From positions 41,044,814 through 41,108,813 of the forward strand of contig NC_068994.1 in NCBI RefSeq assembly GCF_001194135.2: a stretch of DNA of 64,000 bases, written 5' to 3'. Shown here piece after piece: positions 13,689-25,556 of this stretch. Position 1 is the stretch's first letter. Each line of letters starts with the position of its first letter. Source of the DNA: Octopus bimaculoides. Its lineage: Eukaryota. The translations under genes and the position numbers were made by a program. The notes beneath the pieces were generated by a model, which did not search any database, was not told the DNA's origin, and saw only the letters and a program-made list of their open reading frames with translations.

Positions 13689-14826
13689 TGATGTATACAT
13701 ATATGTATACATGTATGTACATATATGTATATTTATATGTACACACACATATATATATATATATATAGATTTATATACACATGTATATGTGTGTGTGTGT
13801 GTGTGTATGCATGTACGTGTATGTATATACAATTGAGACATCTTATTTTGTTTGGGGAACTTGTCATACAATCAATATAAGGACAATATTATTGAACAAC
13901 TTGGACAACACACAAGAAAACACACCAACATACGTTCTGCAATAGCAATGGGTAGTTAGTTAGATATAGAATGAAATTACGGTGCTGACTATTTGTGTAA
14001 GTCAAGGCATTACCAATTTGTCTAAAGTTCAAACATTTATTCTCTTCATTTAATAATAGATTCACAATTGGCGGTTGTCCAGTCTTGATTTACAAGAAGA
14101 CAGTTGTCTCTTTTGGTAAATCCCTTCAATACTCTAATACCATGTTGTTTGATTAATAGAAGGCTTTTCCCAAATAAATTAATCACTGTTTCAGCCAAAA
14201 TGCTACTATGCAATGCTATGCTCTCGAGGCAATAGAATTCTGATCTTTTATATTGTCCAACCAACTAATTAGGTAGCCTTGTATTTGACTACTTTTAGCT
14301 GACACAAAGAAACTCTGCACAATAGATTTTGGTAGTTTAATAGTAGGTTATACGACTTGAATAGGAAATATATAATAATAAGTGGTTGTAGTTAACTAAA
14401 GAACATAACACTAATTAACAGTCAGAAAATTTATATTTCTAAATTGTTGCTTTGTCCACATCAAGATTTTTGATTTTCCACATAATAAACAAACTCACAT
14501 AACAAAACCAAAATGATAATAATGATAATTGTAATAATAATAATAATAATAATAATAATGACAATAAATAAAAAATAAGACAAAAAAAAAAAATCAATCA
14601 TTGATGATGACAGCGGCTAGAAATGTTTATGATAAGAGCTGATTAATGAGATTTTTGGAACTGAATTTAAGTGATTTGTGATAATAGCATTAAGTATCCA
14701 TGATATTTCATGCTATTGTTAAGCAAGTTCATCTAATATGAAAGAAATTAATTCACCTACAAATATCATTTATAATTGTTAATGAATACTTTTTCTAGCA
14801 TCTCATTTTTTTCCCTCATTACATAC

Positions 14827-14986
14827 CTGGAAGTTCTTCATAGTATCCTGTGTCTCCCTCACTCCAGCCATGTCTACCATCAGCACAAGATACCGTAGAC
14901 ATTTCACTAGAGCGGTAAGGGGAATTAACTGCAGTTTTCCTATCTTTCAGACTGCCTGATATCCCAGCTGTCTTTTTAACACTCAT
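14827..14986 (-). CDS. Pcdh: Protocadherin cytoplasmic-tail exon (160 nt): MSVKKTAGISGSLKDRKTAVNSPYRSSEMSTVSCADGRHGWSEGDTGYYEELP(G)
   Basis: Translated by hand. The acceptor is ttttttgtaatggacAG|ATG (phase 0, matching the upstream donor) and the donor is CCAG|GTATGT (phase 1). The frame is open and ends in a motif resembling the D-S-G-x-G-W-S-E-x-D...Y-E-E-L-P tail I recall from cephalopod Pcdhs. Read-through of the donor gives GGT ATG TAA (stop 14821-14819). Confidence 0.85.
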
Positions 14987-15567
14987 CTGTCCATTACAAA
15001 AAAGAATTTAAAAAAAAGTGAAATGTGAGATGCCAAATGCATAATATTTTCTTCTTGCAGTTAAATATTTTAGTTGTGCTATTTACAAAACAACTGATTT
15101 TAATTATCATTTTATTACTAAAATCACTATTACTGCTAAAACTTACTATTACTGTTCCCGCTCTTTAAGCAACTAAGATAATATTTAAAATCAGGTTCAT
15201 GCAATGATATCTAAATTAGAGCTTTTAATTCATATTTTGTAGAATTTCTACTTTAAGCTGTGTTGACATTTTCACTTCTAGTGCTTGCAGAAGTTTATAT
15301 ATTTTATAGCTAACAGTTTATACTTTGAATAATCAGAAGTAACTACCTGATGTAAATTTTTATTCATATATTCTTTGTGTTTTCATCCATGCTTACTTTA
15401 AAATATAAACATGTAGATTTACTTAATATTAGATTAAGCAACAAAATACTTAATCAGTAATTGAAGAATGAATTTAATCTACCAACAATGTGCAAATTGT
15501 AACGATAGAATACTAATATTATTGGAAGGTAATATCTATCTATCTATTCATCTATCTATCTGTCTAT

Positions 15568-15603
<36 letters not shown>

Positions 15604-15714
15604 TTGGGGTTTATACTGTTGATACACACACACATATGTACTCCACAGCAGAAGTGTTAAGGCCACTCTCCCAAGAGTTCTGTACTGGTAGCATAGAAAA
15701 AACACTCATATGGT

Positions 15715-15895
15715 GCCATGTTAAACCACCCAGCATATTTTATAAATTGGTTGGTGTGAGGAAGAGTCTCCATCTAAAGAAACCATGCCAAATCAGACCG
15801 AAACCTAGTTCAGCTCTCCAGCTTGCCAGCCCTGGTCAAACCATCCAACCCATGCCAGCATGGAAAACGGACATTAAATGATGATGATGATGATA
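15715..15895 (+). mobile_element. Family D 3' fragment
   Basis: Ends ccatccaacccatgccagcatggaaaacggacattaaatgatgatgatg. Similar copies at ~46545-46730 (+), ~10000-10140 (+) and ~21395-21510 (-). Confidence 0.75.
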
Positions 15896-16198
15896 TATAC
15901 TGAGATATTCCAAACATAAACTTACTCTGAGCCTGCACCTGTAGGCTGGGGGCAACAAATGGCACAAGAGTGCTTCCCTGGTGTGTTCTTGGTGATTGGG
16001 TCCATCCAAGACTGGTGAGGTTCCTTGGCTGGTACCCCCTCCTATTTGGGACTTCTGTTGTTATCAGTTTTTTTGTTAGCTTCTTCTGTTTTTATTGTTT
16101 ACACTTGATATGTGAATCCCTTTTTTCTTTTGTATTTGTATTGTTCTAAATGCTTTTTTAGCACTTATAAACCAATAAAGCAACTATTATTATTATTA

Positions 16199-16445
16199 CT
16201 GAGTGAGAGAGTAGTGCATGCCATCAAAGTGACACTGGGGTACAATTATACAAAGCCCAATATACCCATCATGACTACCCGTCTGATATGGGTACACCAG
16301 GCATATGCATCACAACCATATATGCACGACATGATGATCTTATATCAAGGTAAACAGCACATGACCTAGCAGGTGGGGTCCAGTTAGAATTTTCTTCAGG
16401 TTGTGTAGCCCATCCCACTCAAAAGGTCCCTGAAGAAGGTTTGTT
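16199..16445 (-). mobile_element. Family B retroposon 3' fragment with (AAT)n tail
   Basis: High identity to 60930-61175 (gagtgagagagtagtgcatgccatcaaagtgacactgggg...). Confidence 0.8.
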
Positions 16446-16492
16446 TATGATTATTATTATTATTGTTATTATTATTATTATTATTATTATTA

Positions 16493-18465
16493 AAAGATGG
16501 TGAACTGACAAAATTGGTAGTACACAGGATGAAATGCTTAGTGGTATTTCCCCTGGTGCTTCAATCTGAGTTCAAATTCTGCTGAGGTTGACTTTGCCTT
16601 TCATCCTTTCAGGGTCGATAAATTAAGTACCAGTGAAACACTGGGGTCGAAGCAATTTACTCGTCCCCTCCCCAAAAATGGCTGTCCTGGTGGCAAAATT
16701 TGAAACCATTAATACTATTATTACTATGGTGATGGAATGGTTGAATCATTGGTCCATTGGACAAAATACCTGTGGTATTTGCTGCAGATCTTTGCATTCT
16801 CAGTTCAAATCTCACCTTATATCCCTTTGGCATCCATAAACTAGAGTACCATTCAAGGACTGGGGTTGATTTAATTGATTTATTCTCAACCTATAAATTT
16901 CTTGTGTCAGAGGGTTCAATTAACAAGTGCTACCTTAGTCTGTAGGCTGTGGGCAGCTGACCCACCAAAATAAGCTGAGAGTTTTCATGAAATAATAATA
17001 ATAATAATAATAATAATAGTAGTAGTAGTAAAAATGATAATCTCATGACTTCTGATCTTAACTGATTTGAATGTTATCATGTACATCGCTTTGTCTTGGT
17101 ATAAAAGATGGGCTACAGCAAATACTCTGCTCAGTACCACAGCTTTATCATTACTATCGTTATTATTAGAATTAAGGTGTTGAGCTGGCAGAATCGTTAG
17201 AGTGCTGGACGAAATGCTTAGAGGTATTTTGTCCGTCTTTATAGTTTGAGTTTAAATTCCTCCAAAGTTGACTTTGCCTTTCATCCTTTCAGGGTCGATA
17301 AATTAAGGGCCAGTGAAACACTGGAGTTCAATGTAATTAACTTATCCACTCCCCAAACATTTCAGGCCTTGTACCTATAGTAGAAAGGATTATTATTATT
17401 ATTATTATCATTATTAAGGCAGTGGGTTGGTAGAATTGTTATCACACCAGACAAATTATTTCACTGCATTTTGTCCATCTTTATGTTTTGAGTTCAAATT
17501 CTGCTGAGGTCAACTTCGCCTTTCATTCTTTTGAGGTTGATGAAATAAATATCAGTTGAGCACTGGGGTTGATATAATTGACTGTCTCCCTCCCATTAAA
17601 TTTCAAGACTTTTGCCTATAGTAGAAAGGATCATCATCATTATCATCTTCATAATCATTATTATCATCCTCCTATAGAGTGATAAAATGGCAGAATCAAT
17701 AGAGAATTGGACAGAACGGCTTAGGGTATTTTTTTATTCTTCATATTCTGTATTCACATCCTACAGGTTTAACTTACCTTCCATCCCTCCAATATTTATA
17801 AAATAAAGTACCTATCTGCTACTGGGTTTGATGTAATCAATTAAACATGCCTTCAAAATTACTGGGCTAAGTCAGAAATCAGAATTATTGTTCTAAAGAC
17901 AGTGGTTTGACATCAGACAAAATGCTTTGTAGTATTTGCTCCAAATATTTACATTTTGAGACCACTGATAATCATAAAGTTCTACTCAAGAATTGCTGAT
18001 GATGTTAACAATTAACCCAATTCCTCAAAACTGCTGGCCTTGGACCTTGAGTATAAACAATTATTATTATTTCAATATTTTTTCTGATTCGTTAAGTTCT
18101 GAGTTCAAATCCTGCTGAGGTCAACTTTATCTTTCATCCTTTCAGGGTTTATAATATAAAGTACGGAGCAAGTATTGGAGATGATGGTATTGACTTATCC
18201 CTCCCATTAACACTGTTGGCCTTGTGCCCAAATTAAAAACTACATTTTTATTAGTCACATTTATTTGCAGTCTGGCAAAATCATTAGAACATTACAAAAA
18301 ATATTTTGCAGTGTTTTTCTCTGCTCTTTAGATTCTGAGTTCAATTCCCACTGAGATCAACATTGCTTTTCATCTCCCTGGGTTTCATAATAAAATAGTA
18401 GTCTAGTGCTGGGATCCTTGGTATTGACAGAGTCCTCCTCTTAGCCTTGTACCTTAAATTAGGGA
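16493..18465 (+). mobile_element. Head-to-tail array of about 8 family-A SINE copies of different ages
   Basis: The core (gagttcaaatt...gactttgcctttcatcc...gataaa) recurs in units starting near 16493, 16728, 17172, 17416, 17676, 17896, 18075 and 18268. All are in the same orientation, and many are separated by (ATT)n or (ATC)n. Confidence 0.8.
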
Positions 18466-20886
18466 CACCATGATGTAGATGTTTATATTGACTTGACTTT
18501 TTTCTCTGACAATAAAACATATCATTCTTCATAGATTTTTTTGTTTTGTTTATTTTCTTTTCTTTCTAGAATGTAGCCTAAAGGCTTGGAAATTACAGAG
18601 TAAAAAGGAAAAAGATATTTTTTGTTTTATTTTCTTTGAATATTGGAAGTGAGAAGGAATTCTGGTCATCTTAGCCAACCAATATAGTTTTTAAAGAAAG
18701 AAAAGATTTTTCTATTTATAAATATCTTAAATTGTTCTTGAGAGAATTAAATAAATTTTAATTTTTTAATTTTTTGTTTGTCCAAATTTAATAAATCCTA
18801 CAGATGACTTCTGGAATAAAATATTTTAAATTAAATTGCAACTGAAATTCTTCATTTTACTCACAAAACTTTGTTAAAGTCTCTAACACTCTCTTCAAAT
18901 ATTTTATTCTTTATATATTTTCTAGCGGCTATCTTGGTGAGATAGTGTTTGACAATTAGCAGATAATAATATTGCTTCAAAAGTTAGTTTTATATTTGCA
19001 TACACTTTCTAATGCTAATCACTTATTCGTGAAATTTTAGTGGACTCTGTCACCAACCAGGTACACTAAAGTAAGTAAAAATGCATATTCTGTTCACACA
19101 AACAGCACAATATTTATGATTATAAGATTTGAACTCAGAAATCTATTGTAGTTATCTTAACCTCAAAACTATTGTGCTTCATAGGCTCATAAAATAACAT
19201 TAATTTGAAAAAAATGCTTAAGCTACTATATATTCTGTGAATAGATTATGTCATATTTATAAAATTAAAGCACCATTTTGAAGGTTTATTTATATTTTTT
19301 ACTTCAGAGTGTTAATTATACATGGAATAAGAATGGGTGTTTACATAGCTGGTTGGTTAAGAAGTTCCCTATACAAATGTGCAGGTTTGGTTTCAGTCCC
19401 ACTGCACAGCACCTTGAGAGAGTACTTTTTACTATAGCCTTTGGCCAACCTATCTTATAAAGGAAATTCTCTTTTATCTTTTAGTCAAGAAATTTAGTGT
19501 TGATGATCCATTACAGGGACTCTAAGACTTTTAAATGTATTCTTAAACTGGAGGCTTTGCTCAAATGTTTGTAAGAGAGTGTTGCTGAAGGGGGCCAGGT
19601 GGCGATGTTAAAACTAGGTCATGGATTAAGCCTACTATCCATGTAAGCCAAAGCAGGATTTGAACTCAGAACAGAATGTGCCAAAATAAATATCACAAGG
19701 CATCTGGTCTGATATTCTTATTGTTCTGCCAATCTGGCTCAGTACATTTTAAAGGATCCCAAAAAGATGAAGGGTACTTAAACTTAGAGCACAGCCAGAA
19801 TAAATATTGTAATTTATTCTACTTGTTCATTTAATGCCCCAGCCAGTCTACCGTTTTAATATATGGAAACTGGGGAAGACTGCTAGAAGTGTCTCTTAAC
19901 TTAATGCTAGCACCTGGCTATTGAATGCTTTTAGTAGATTGTACTTTGTTTCAAGCATTTGGGTAAGATCTCCAGTCTGGGAATAATTCTTTACTTTGTC
20001 CCACCAGTCTTAAAGGTTTTGGAAATGTTATGGGATTGCTCTTTATCTTCTGATACTCAATCATATGGGAACTTTTTCCAATGGTTAAGAAATATTAGCC
20101 AATTAAGTGATTTTCCAAAGACAATAAAGTACTAGCGGGGTATTTGAAGCCCTGTCTTTTAAAACAAGTAATCCAACCTCTTACCACTTTATCAGCTCAA
20201 ACATTTTATCTCTGCCTATATATTTACTGACTCGTGGTAGGATTAGTAAGTTAAGTTGTCATTTACTTTCCCTTGACTGTTTTCTCAAACCAGTTTATTC
20301 AATAGATTATCACATGAGAAAGAAAGAAATCTAAAGAAATTAGATATTTGCATTTGAAATAATACCATGTCTATATGCATTGAATGAGATTAAATCTATT
20401 GATTTTAGATAACATTTTACAAATTCTACTGGGTAACATGGTAAATTTTGTCATTGATGTTAAATATCAAAGTAAAAATAAAGGGAAAAGCTTTGTCCAA
20501 ATGTTACTCAGTCTACTCGAAGATGAGCACTTGAAGAAAACACATGAATACTTTCAGAAGGAAAAAAAAATCAATGAATTCCATTTCGAAATATCTAATA
20601 ATAAATTGTAATATTTAATTAAAGCTAACTGAAGAATTTGTCATTGAAAGGAATCTTGTTCAATACATTTACATTTGAATTCATCTTTTAGATTCACAAC
20701 CTAAATGTTTTGGCAGTGTTTCTATAGTATGAAAGCCAAGGACGATCAGGAAGGTACTGAATGAGCAAACGTTAATGGTTTATACATCTCCTCACCAATC
20801 TTGGGTAATGTTTTGGGATGAAGGCACTTGAAACCTTAATTCTGTAAACAGTAAAACCACTGCATACATATATTCGTACGTATACC

Positions 20887-20952
<66 letters not shown>

Positions 20953-21668
20953 CATACATATATGTATTATGCAAAGAGAGAGAAAGCGAGAGAAAGAGAG
21001 AGAGAGAGATGTATGTGCTTGTGTGTATGTGTGTATACATATATATGTGTATGAATATAGATGTGTGTGTGAGTTTAAGATCTCTTATGAAACAAGAGAT
21101 GGTAATAGAACACTACTATATTTTCTCCTGAAAACTTTGTAGATATTTTATCTGCAGGCTTAGTAGAAGTTAGCCATCTATATCATTGCAGTAATTTTTT
21201 AACTGTACAAACTGAGACAGGTTTATATTTATTGAAGGTGTAGATGACTAAGCCAGAGTTTCCCATACAGGGAGGCCGTGAAGATTTAAAATGGGTGAAC
21301 ATATTGAAGCTTCATATAATTAAGATGGTTTCAAACAATTTAAGTCAATGCCATGGCAAAGAAAGAAAAGTTGTTTGGATGCAAACTCCAGTTTGTCTTC
21401 ATCATCGTTATTTAATGTCCACGTTTCCAAGCTTGCCTGGGTTGGATGGAATTGACTGAGGCAGATTTTCTACGGCCAGATACCCTTCTTGTTGCCAGCC
21501 CTTACCTGTTTCTGAGCATGTTTATATATCCCCGTTGTCAGACATCTTTTTGCAGAATATTAGACCGATTATGTGATGTCAAGACAAGAAGACAGAAACA
21601 TATACACACATGCACATACATATACATACACGCACACATGTGCAGACACACACACACACACATACATA

Positions 21669-22569
21669 TAGGGTCATCCCATAAATAATGCGAGTTTTTC
21701 AATTGCATAAACTAAAAGTCGGAGGTGGATGGAATAAACTACTTGCATCAACTTGCCATAAAAGCAGATAGTAATTTTACCTTGTGCTTATTCTTAGTGC
21801 AAGTTTTGAAGAGTGCAATTCGATTTTAACAGTTATTTTTTCAAAGCTTTAATGGAAGTGACAAAGGAGTGCATTCAGCATATTTTGCTTTATGAGTTCA
21901 ATAAGGGCAACAATACAATGGAAAGTATGAGAAATATTAATGCAGTATATGGGAATCGGATAATGAGCATAAGCCAGTGTCAACAGTGGTTCCAGAAATT
22001 CTGAGTCAGAAACTACAGCCTAGAAGATGAGCCTCAGTGAGGACATCTTGCAAAGCCTGGTGGAACAAAATGCCAATGTAACCGCTGAGGAACTGGCAAA
22101 GAAGCTTCGATTTGGTCGTTCAACCATTCATCGACACCTGCGTGCCATCTGAAAATGACCATCTTTGCTTTCAAGACAAAAGGTGTTCTTCCATCAGGAT
22201 AATGCTTGGCCACATACAGCAAGGATGACATTCCAAAGGCTGGAGCAGTTTGAATGGGAAACGATATCCTACCCATCATATTCGCTGGACATTGCCTCAT
22301 CTGATTATCATTTATTCCACAGTCTTCAAAATCATTTGGACAGAAAAAATATGAAATCTGTAGATGAGGTTAGAAGAGTACTGGAGGAGTATTTTTCGTC
22401 ATAGACAAGTGAATTTTGGAAGTGGGGCCTTGCAAGTCTATCAAATAGATGGAAGAGCATTGTAGAAAATGAAGGAGAGTATATTTTAGATGAAAAAGAA
22501 CTTTGTTTATCTTAATTTTGAAAAATAAAAGAGGTATTAAAAAAATGCATTTTTTATAGGATGACCCAA
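21669..22569 (+). mobile_element. Mariner (DD34D-type) element, internally deleted, with a pseudogenised transposase
   Basis: TIRs are tagggtcatcccataaataatgcg and tgcatttttttataggatgacccaa, flanked by TA. N-terminal HTH fragment MEVTKECIQHILLYEFNKGNN...QWFQKF. C-terminal FHQDNAWPH...YPSYSLDIASSDYHLF...NRWKSIVENEGEY. In-frame stops are present and the central region is missing. Confidence 0.92.
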
Positions 22570-22764
22570 TATATATGACAAAATTTCTTTCAGATTCCAT
22601 TTAGCCTGGAGCTATAGTAGAAGACACCTGAATGAGGTGTCTGAATGTGAAACCATGTAGTTGGGAAGCAAACTTCTTAATCATACAACTATGTTGGTGT
22701 CTTTGTCTTCTTATTAATATCAAGAAATCAAGATAATTTCTCAAAGACATTCATGTGGGTTTAA

Positions 22765-22985
22765 TCCTTCAGCATTCAAATTTCTCTGTTAAATGTAAAG
22801 CCTATTTATACTCATTGTTTTTAATTTATCCTGCAATACTTTGTAGCTTTGAGATTTCAATGATGTAGTTGCTTATTTTCAAAATAATATTGTAGGGTAA
22901 GTGTGAGAGGCCAGATCTGGTTGGTTTGATGATAAAACACGTAGATTATTTTTGCCGGATATGGTCAGTTTAAATGTTACAAGGG
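22765..22985. mobile_element. piggyBac-type MITE (diverged copy)
   Basis: Reads TTAA|tccttcagcatt ... aatgttacaaggg|TTCA. It is a reverse-orientation homolog of 41430-41645. Confidence 0.7.
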
Positions 22986-23599
22986 TTCAAAGTTATTATT
23001 TGGTTGTTCGAGAAATGCTGTATAAGGCCATATATAGTTTTGTATGGCCTAGTATCTCCACTATTGTAACACACCTATTCTTGTCCCTCAAACATACTTT
23101 AACCCTCATTACCCAGCATAGGTCACCTCCTTCAAAACTACATCCCAGCTCAGCTGAGAGGGATTGTCTTAAAAGTCACTTGGTGGTTTCATTTGCATGT
23201 AAAAAGCACTCAGTGTCCTCTTTAAAGTGATTAGCCATTGGGAAGGACATCAAGCTGTGGAAACCATGCTAAAGCAGACGCTGGAGCTTGGCATAGTCCT
23301 CTGGTTCTATTTTCAACTGTGAGAATCAAGTGTCTTCATCCCAAATCACTACCTTAATATTGATTAGGAGACAAGCTTGAGAATCTAAAAGATGAATTCA
23401 AGTGTAAATGTACTGAAGGAGATTGAGAAATTCTTGAGTTACTTTTATGAAAATATTACAATTTGTTATTAGACGTTTTAAAATGAAATTCATTGACTTT
23501 TTTTTCTAAAAATATTCTTGGGTTTTCTTCTAGAGCTCATTATAAAGCAGAATAAAAGAAGGAAAATGACCATTAAATGGTGACAATGATAATAATATT

Positions 23600-23922
23600 A
23601 CTTTTTAAGTTAGCACGCCAGGTGAAAAGCTTAGTGGTATTTCGTCTGTCTTTATGTTCTGATTGACTGGCCCTCTCCCCCAAAATTTTGGGCCTTGTGC
23701 CTAGAGTAGGGAAGATTTTAAGGTGGCAAGCTGGCAGAAATGTTAGCATGTAAGGTGAAATGCTTATGTCTTTATGTTCTGAGTTCAAATTCTGCCGAGG
23801 TTGACTTTGCATTTCATCCTTTCGGGGTCGATAAATTAAGTACCAGTTGCATACTGGGGTCGATCTAATCGACTGGCCCCTCCTCCCAAAATTTTGAACC
23901 TTGTGCCTTGAGTAGAAAAGGA
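23600..23922 (+). mobile_element. Two tandem family-A SINEs, the first lacking its central core
   Basis: Copy 1 jumps from gttctga directly to ttgactggccc. Copy 2 (~23718-23922) is nearly complete. Confidence 0.8.
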
Positions 23923-24624
23923 GAGAATATTACTTGTTAAGGTTATTTCTACTGATATCCTATAGAAATTATAGCCAGCACTGATTTTTGTTATGATATT
24001 TTGTATACAAGAAGTCAGATGTAAACAAACAATGAGATCAAAGATGAAAAATGGGTAATGGACGTATAGGCCTTTTTCTTTTTGGTGGTGGTGGTAGGGG
24101 TTACTCTTTCATCAGCACTCATCTAAGCCTTAAACCGTTAATCATCCTCGAATATGTTGCTTAAATAGTCACTATATACAGAGGTGTATGGTTATTGAAT
24201 ATACCAGTTTTACATATTAAACACATTCTTGGAAGCTGGTACATAAATACTAATGACTTGTTACCTACAAGTCATTAATGATAATAATGATAATATTGCC
24301 TAACTGGTGGACTGAAATGATTCAAGGAAATATTTGTGCTTTCAGAAACTACTTGACACCAGTTATCTCAATACCAATCTATCACAGTGATCAGCTTTGG
24401 GGTAACAGGCCTAAATTCTGCCTGGTTTTCATACCATGACTTGTTTGTTTAGTAGAGTTTACTCTGTAGCAAGCATGTGGATTAAATTGCTGATGTCTCT
24501 AGCCAACTGCAATATGCTGAGTTTGGGCATCAGCTGAATTAGTGTCTCCAGCATGGAAAGGCCTGCTGTGAAGGTCATGGCCAAACTTTCTTCATCACTG
24601 ACTAATAAAAATATTATTCTTTTT

Positions 24625-24820
24625 TTCTATAGGCACAAGATTGCAATTTTGGGGGTAGGGTTAGTCAATTATATCAACCCTTGTGTGTAATTGGTACTTA
24701 TTTCATGGACCCCAAAAGCTGAGTCGACCTTGGTGGAAGTTGAACTCAGAATGTGAAGACAGATGAGATGCCGTTAAGCATTTTGTCCAGCACAGTAACA
24801 ATTCTGCCAGCTTATCACCT
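24625..24820 (-). mobile_element. Family-A SINE
   Basis: Reverse complement of the family-A head and core (gagtcgaccttggtggaagttgaactcagaatgt...ttctgccagcttatcacctt). Confidence 0.75.
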
Positions 24821-25338
24821 TAATTGAAAATATAATTACGTAGTCTACTTATACTTGCATTTAAATTTTTTAAATTACAAAATGTTAAATCAACATAGAA
24901 GTTGAATCAGAATTTTAAAACTTCGATGAAATATGGCTTTACCATCAAATTATTCTTCAAATAATTTTGAAAATTATGGCTGCACAAATCCAATTACAAT
25001 GGCTCTTCCAAAGTGAAAATTCATTTAAAAGGACCAGTGCTAAGCTCTTGGTTTGTTCCAGGTTTTTCAAAGCTGATCAGAAATAAGCCTCTCTGTCTTC
25101 TATTAAATAATATCTTGAATTAAATTAATATTGCTTACATTCCTTACAAGTAAACTCAGAATCATAGAACTAACTACATTGCTTGAACACACAAAAAGCC
25201 AATAAGGGAGCCTTTATGCGGTTATTTGAGTGACTAGAAATAGCAATAAAATCTACCTAAAATACCACCTTGCTTGCTTAAAAAAGACAGGACATGTTAA
25301 ATAATGTAGTCCTTTGAAAATGACGAAAGTTAAATAAT

Positions 25339-25556
25339 CCTTTCTGCTATAGGCACAAGACCCAAAATTTGGGGGGAGGAGGCCAGTCGATTAGATCGAC
25401 CCCAGTACGCAACTGTTACTTAATTTATCGACCCCAAAAGGATAAAGGCAAAGTCGACCTCAGCAGAATTTGAACTCAGACTGTAAAGACAGACGAAATA
25501 CTGCTAAGCATTTCGCCCAGCATGCTAACAATTCTGCCAGCTCACTGCCTTCACAG
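25339..25556 (-). mobile_element. Young family-A SINE with TSD
   Basis: Near-consensus reverse copy. The direct repeat aagttaaataat occurs at 25327-25338 and 25557-25568. Confidence 0.85.

Noticed and set aside
14046-14264. 72-aa minus-strand ORF in non-microsatellite DNA
   Set aside because: It has no recognisable domain and no ATG start, and I could not assign it to a gene or transposon.
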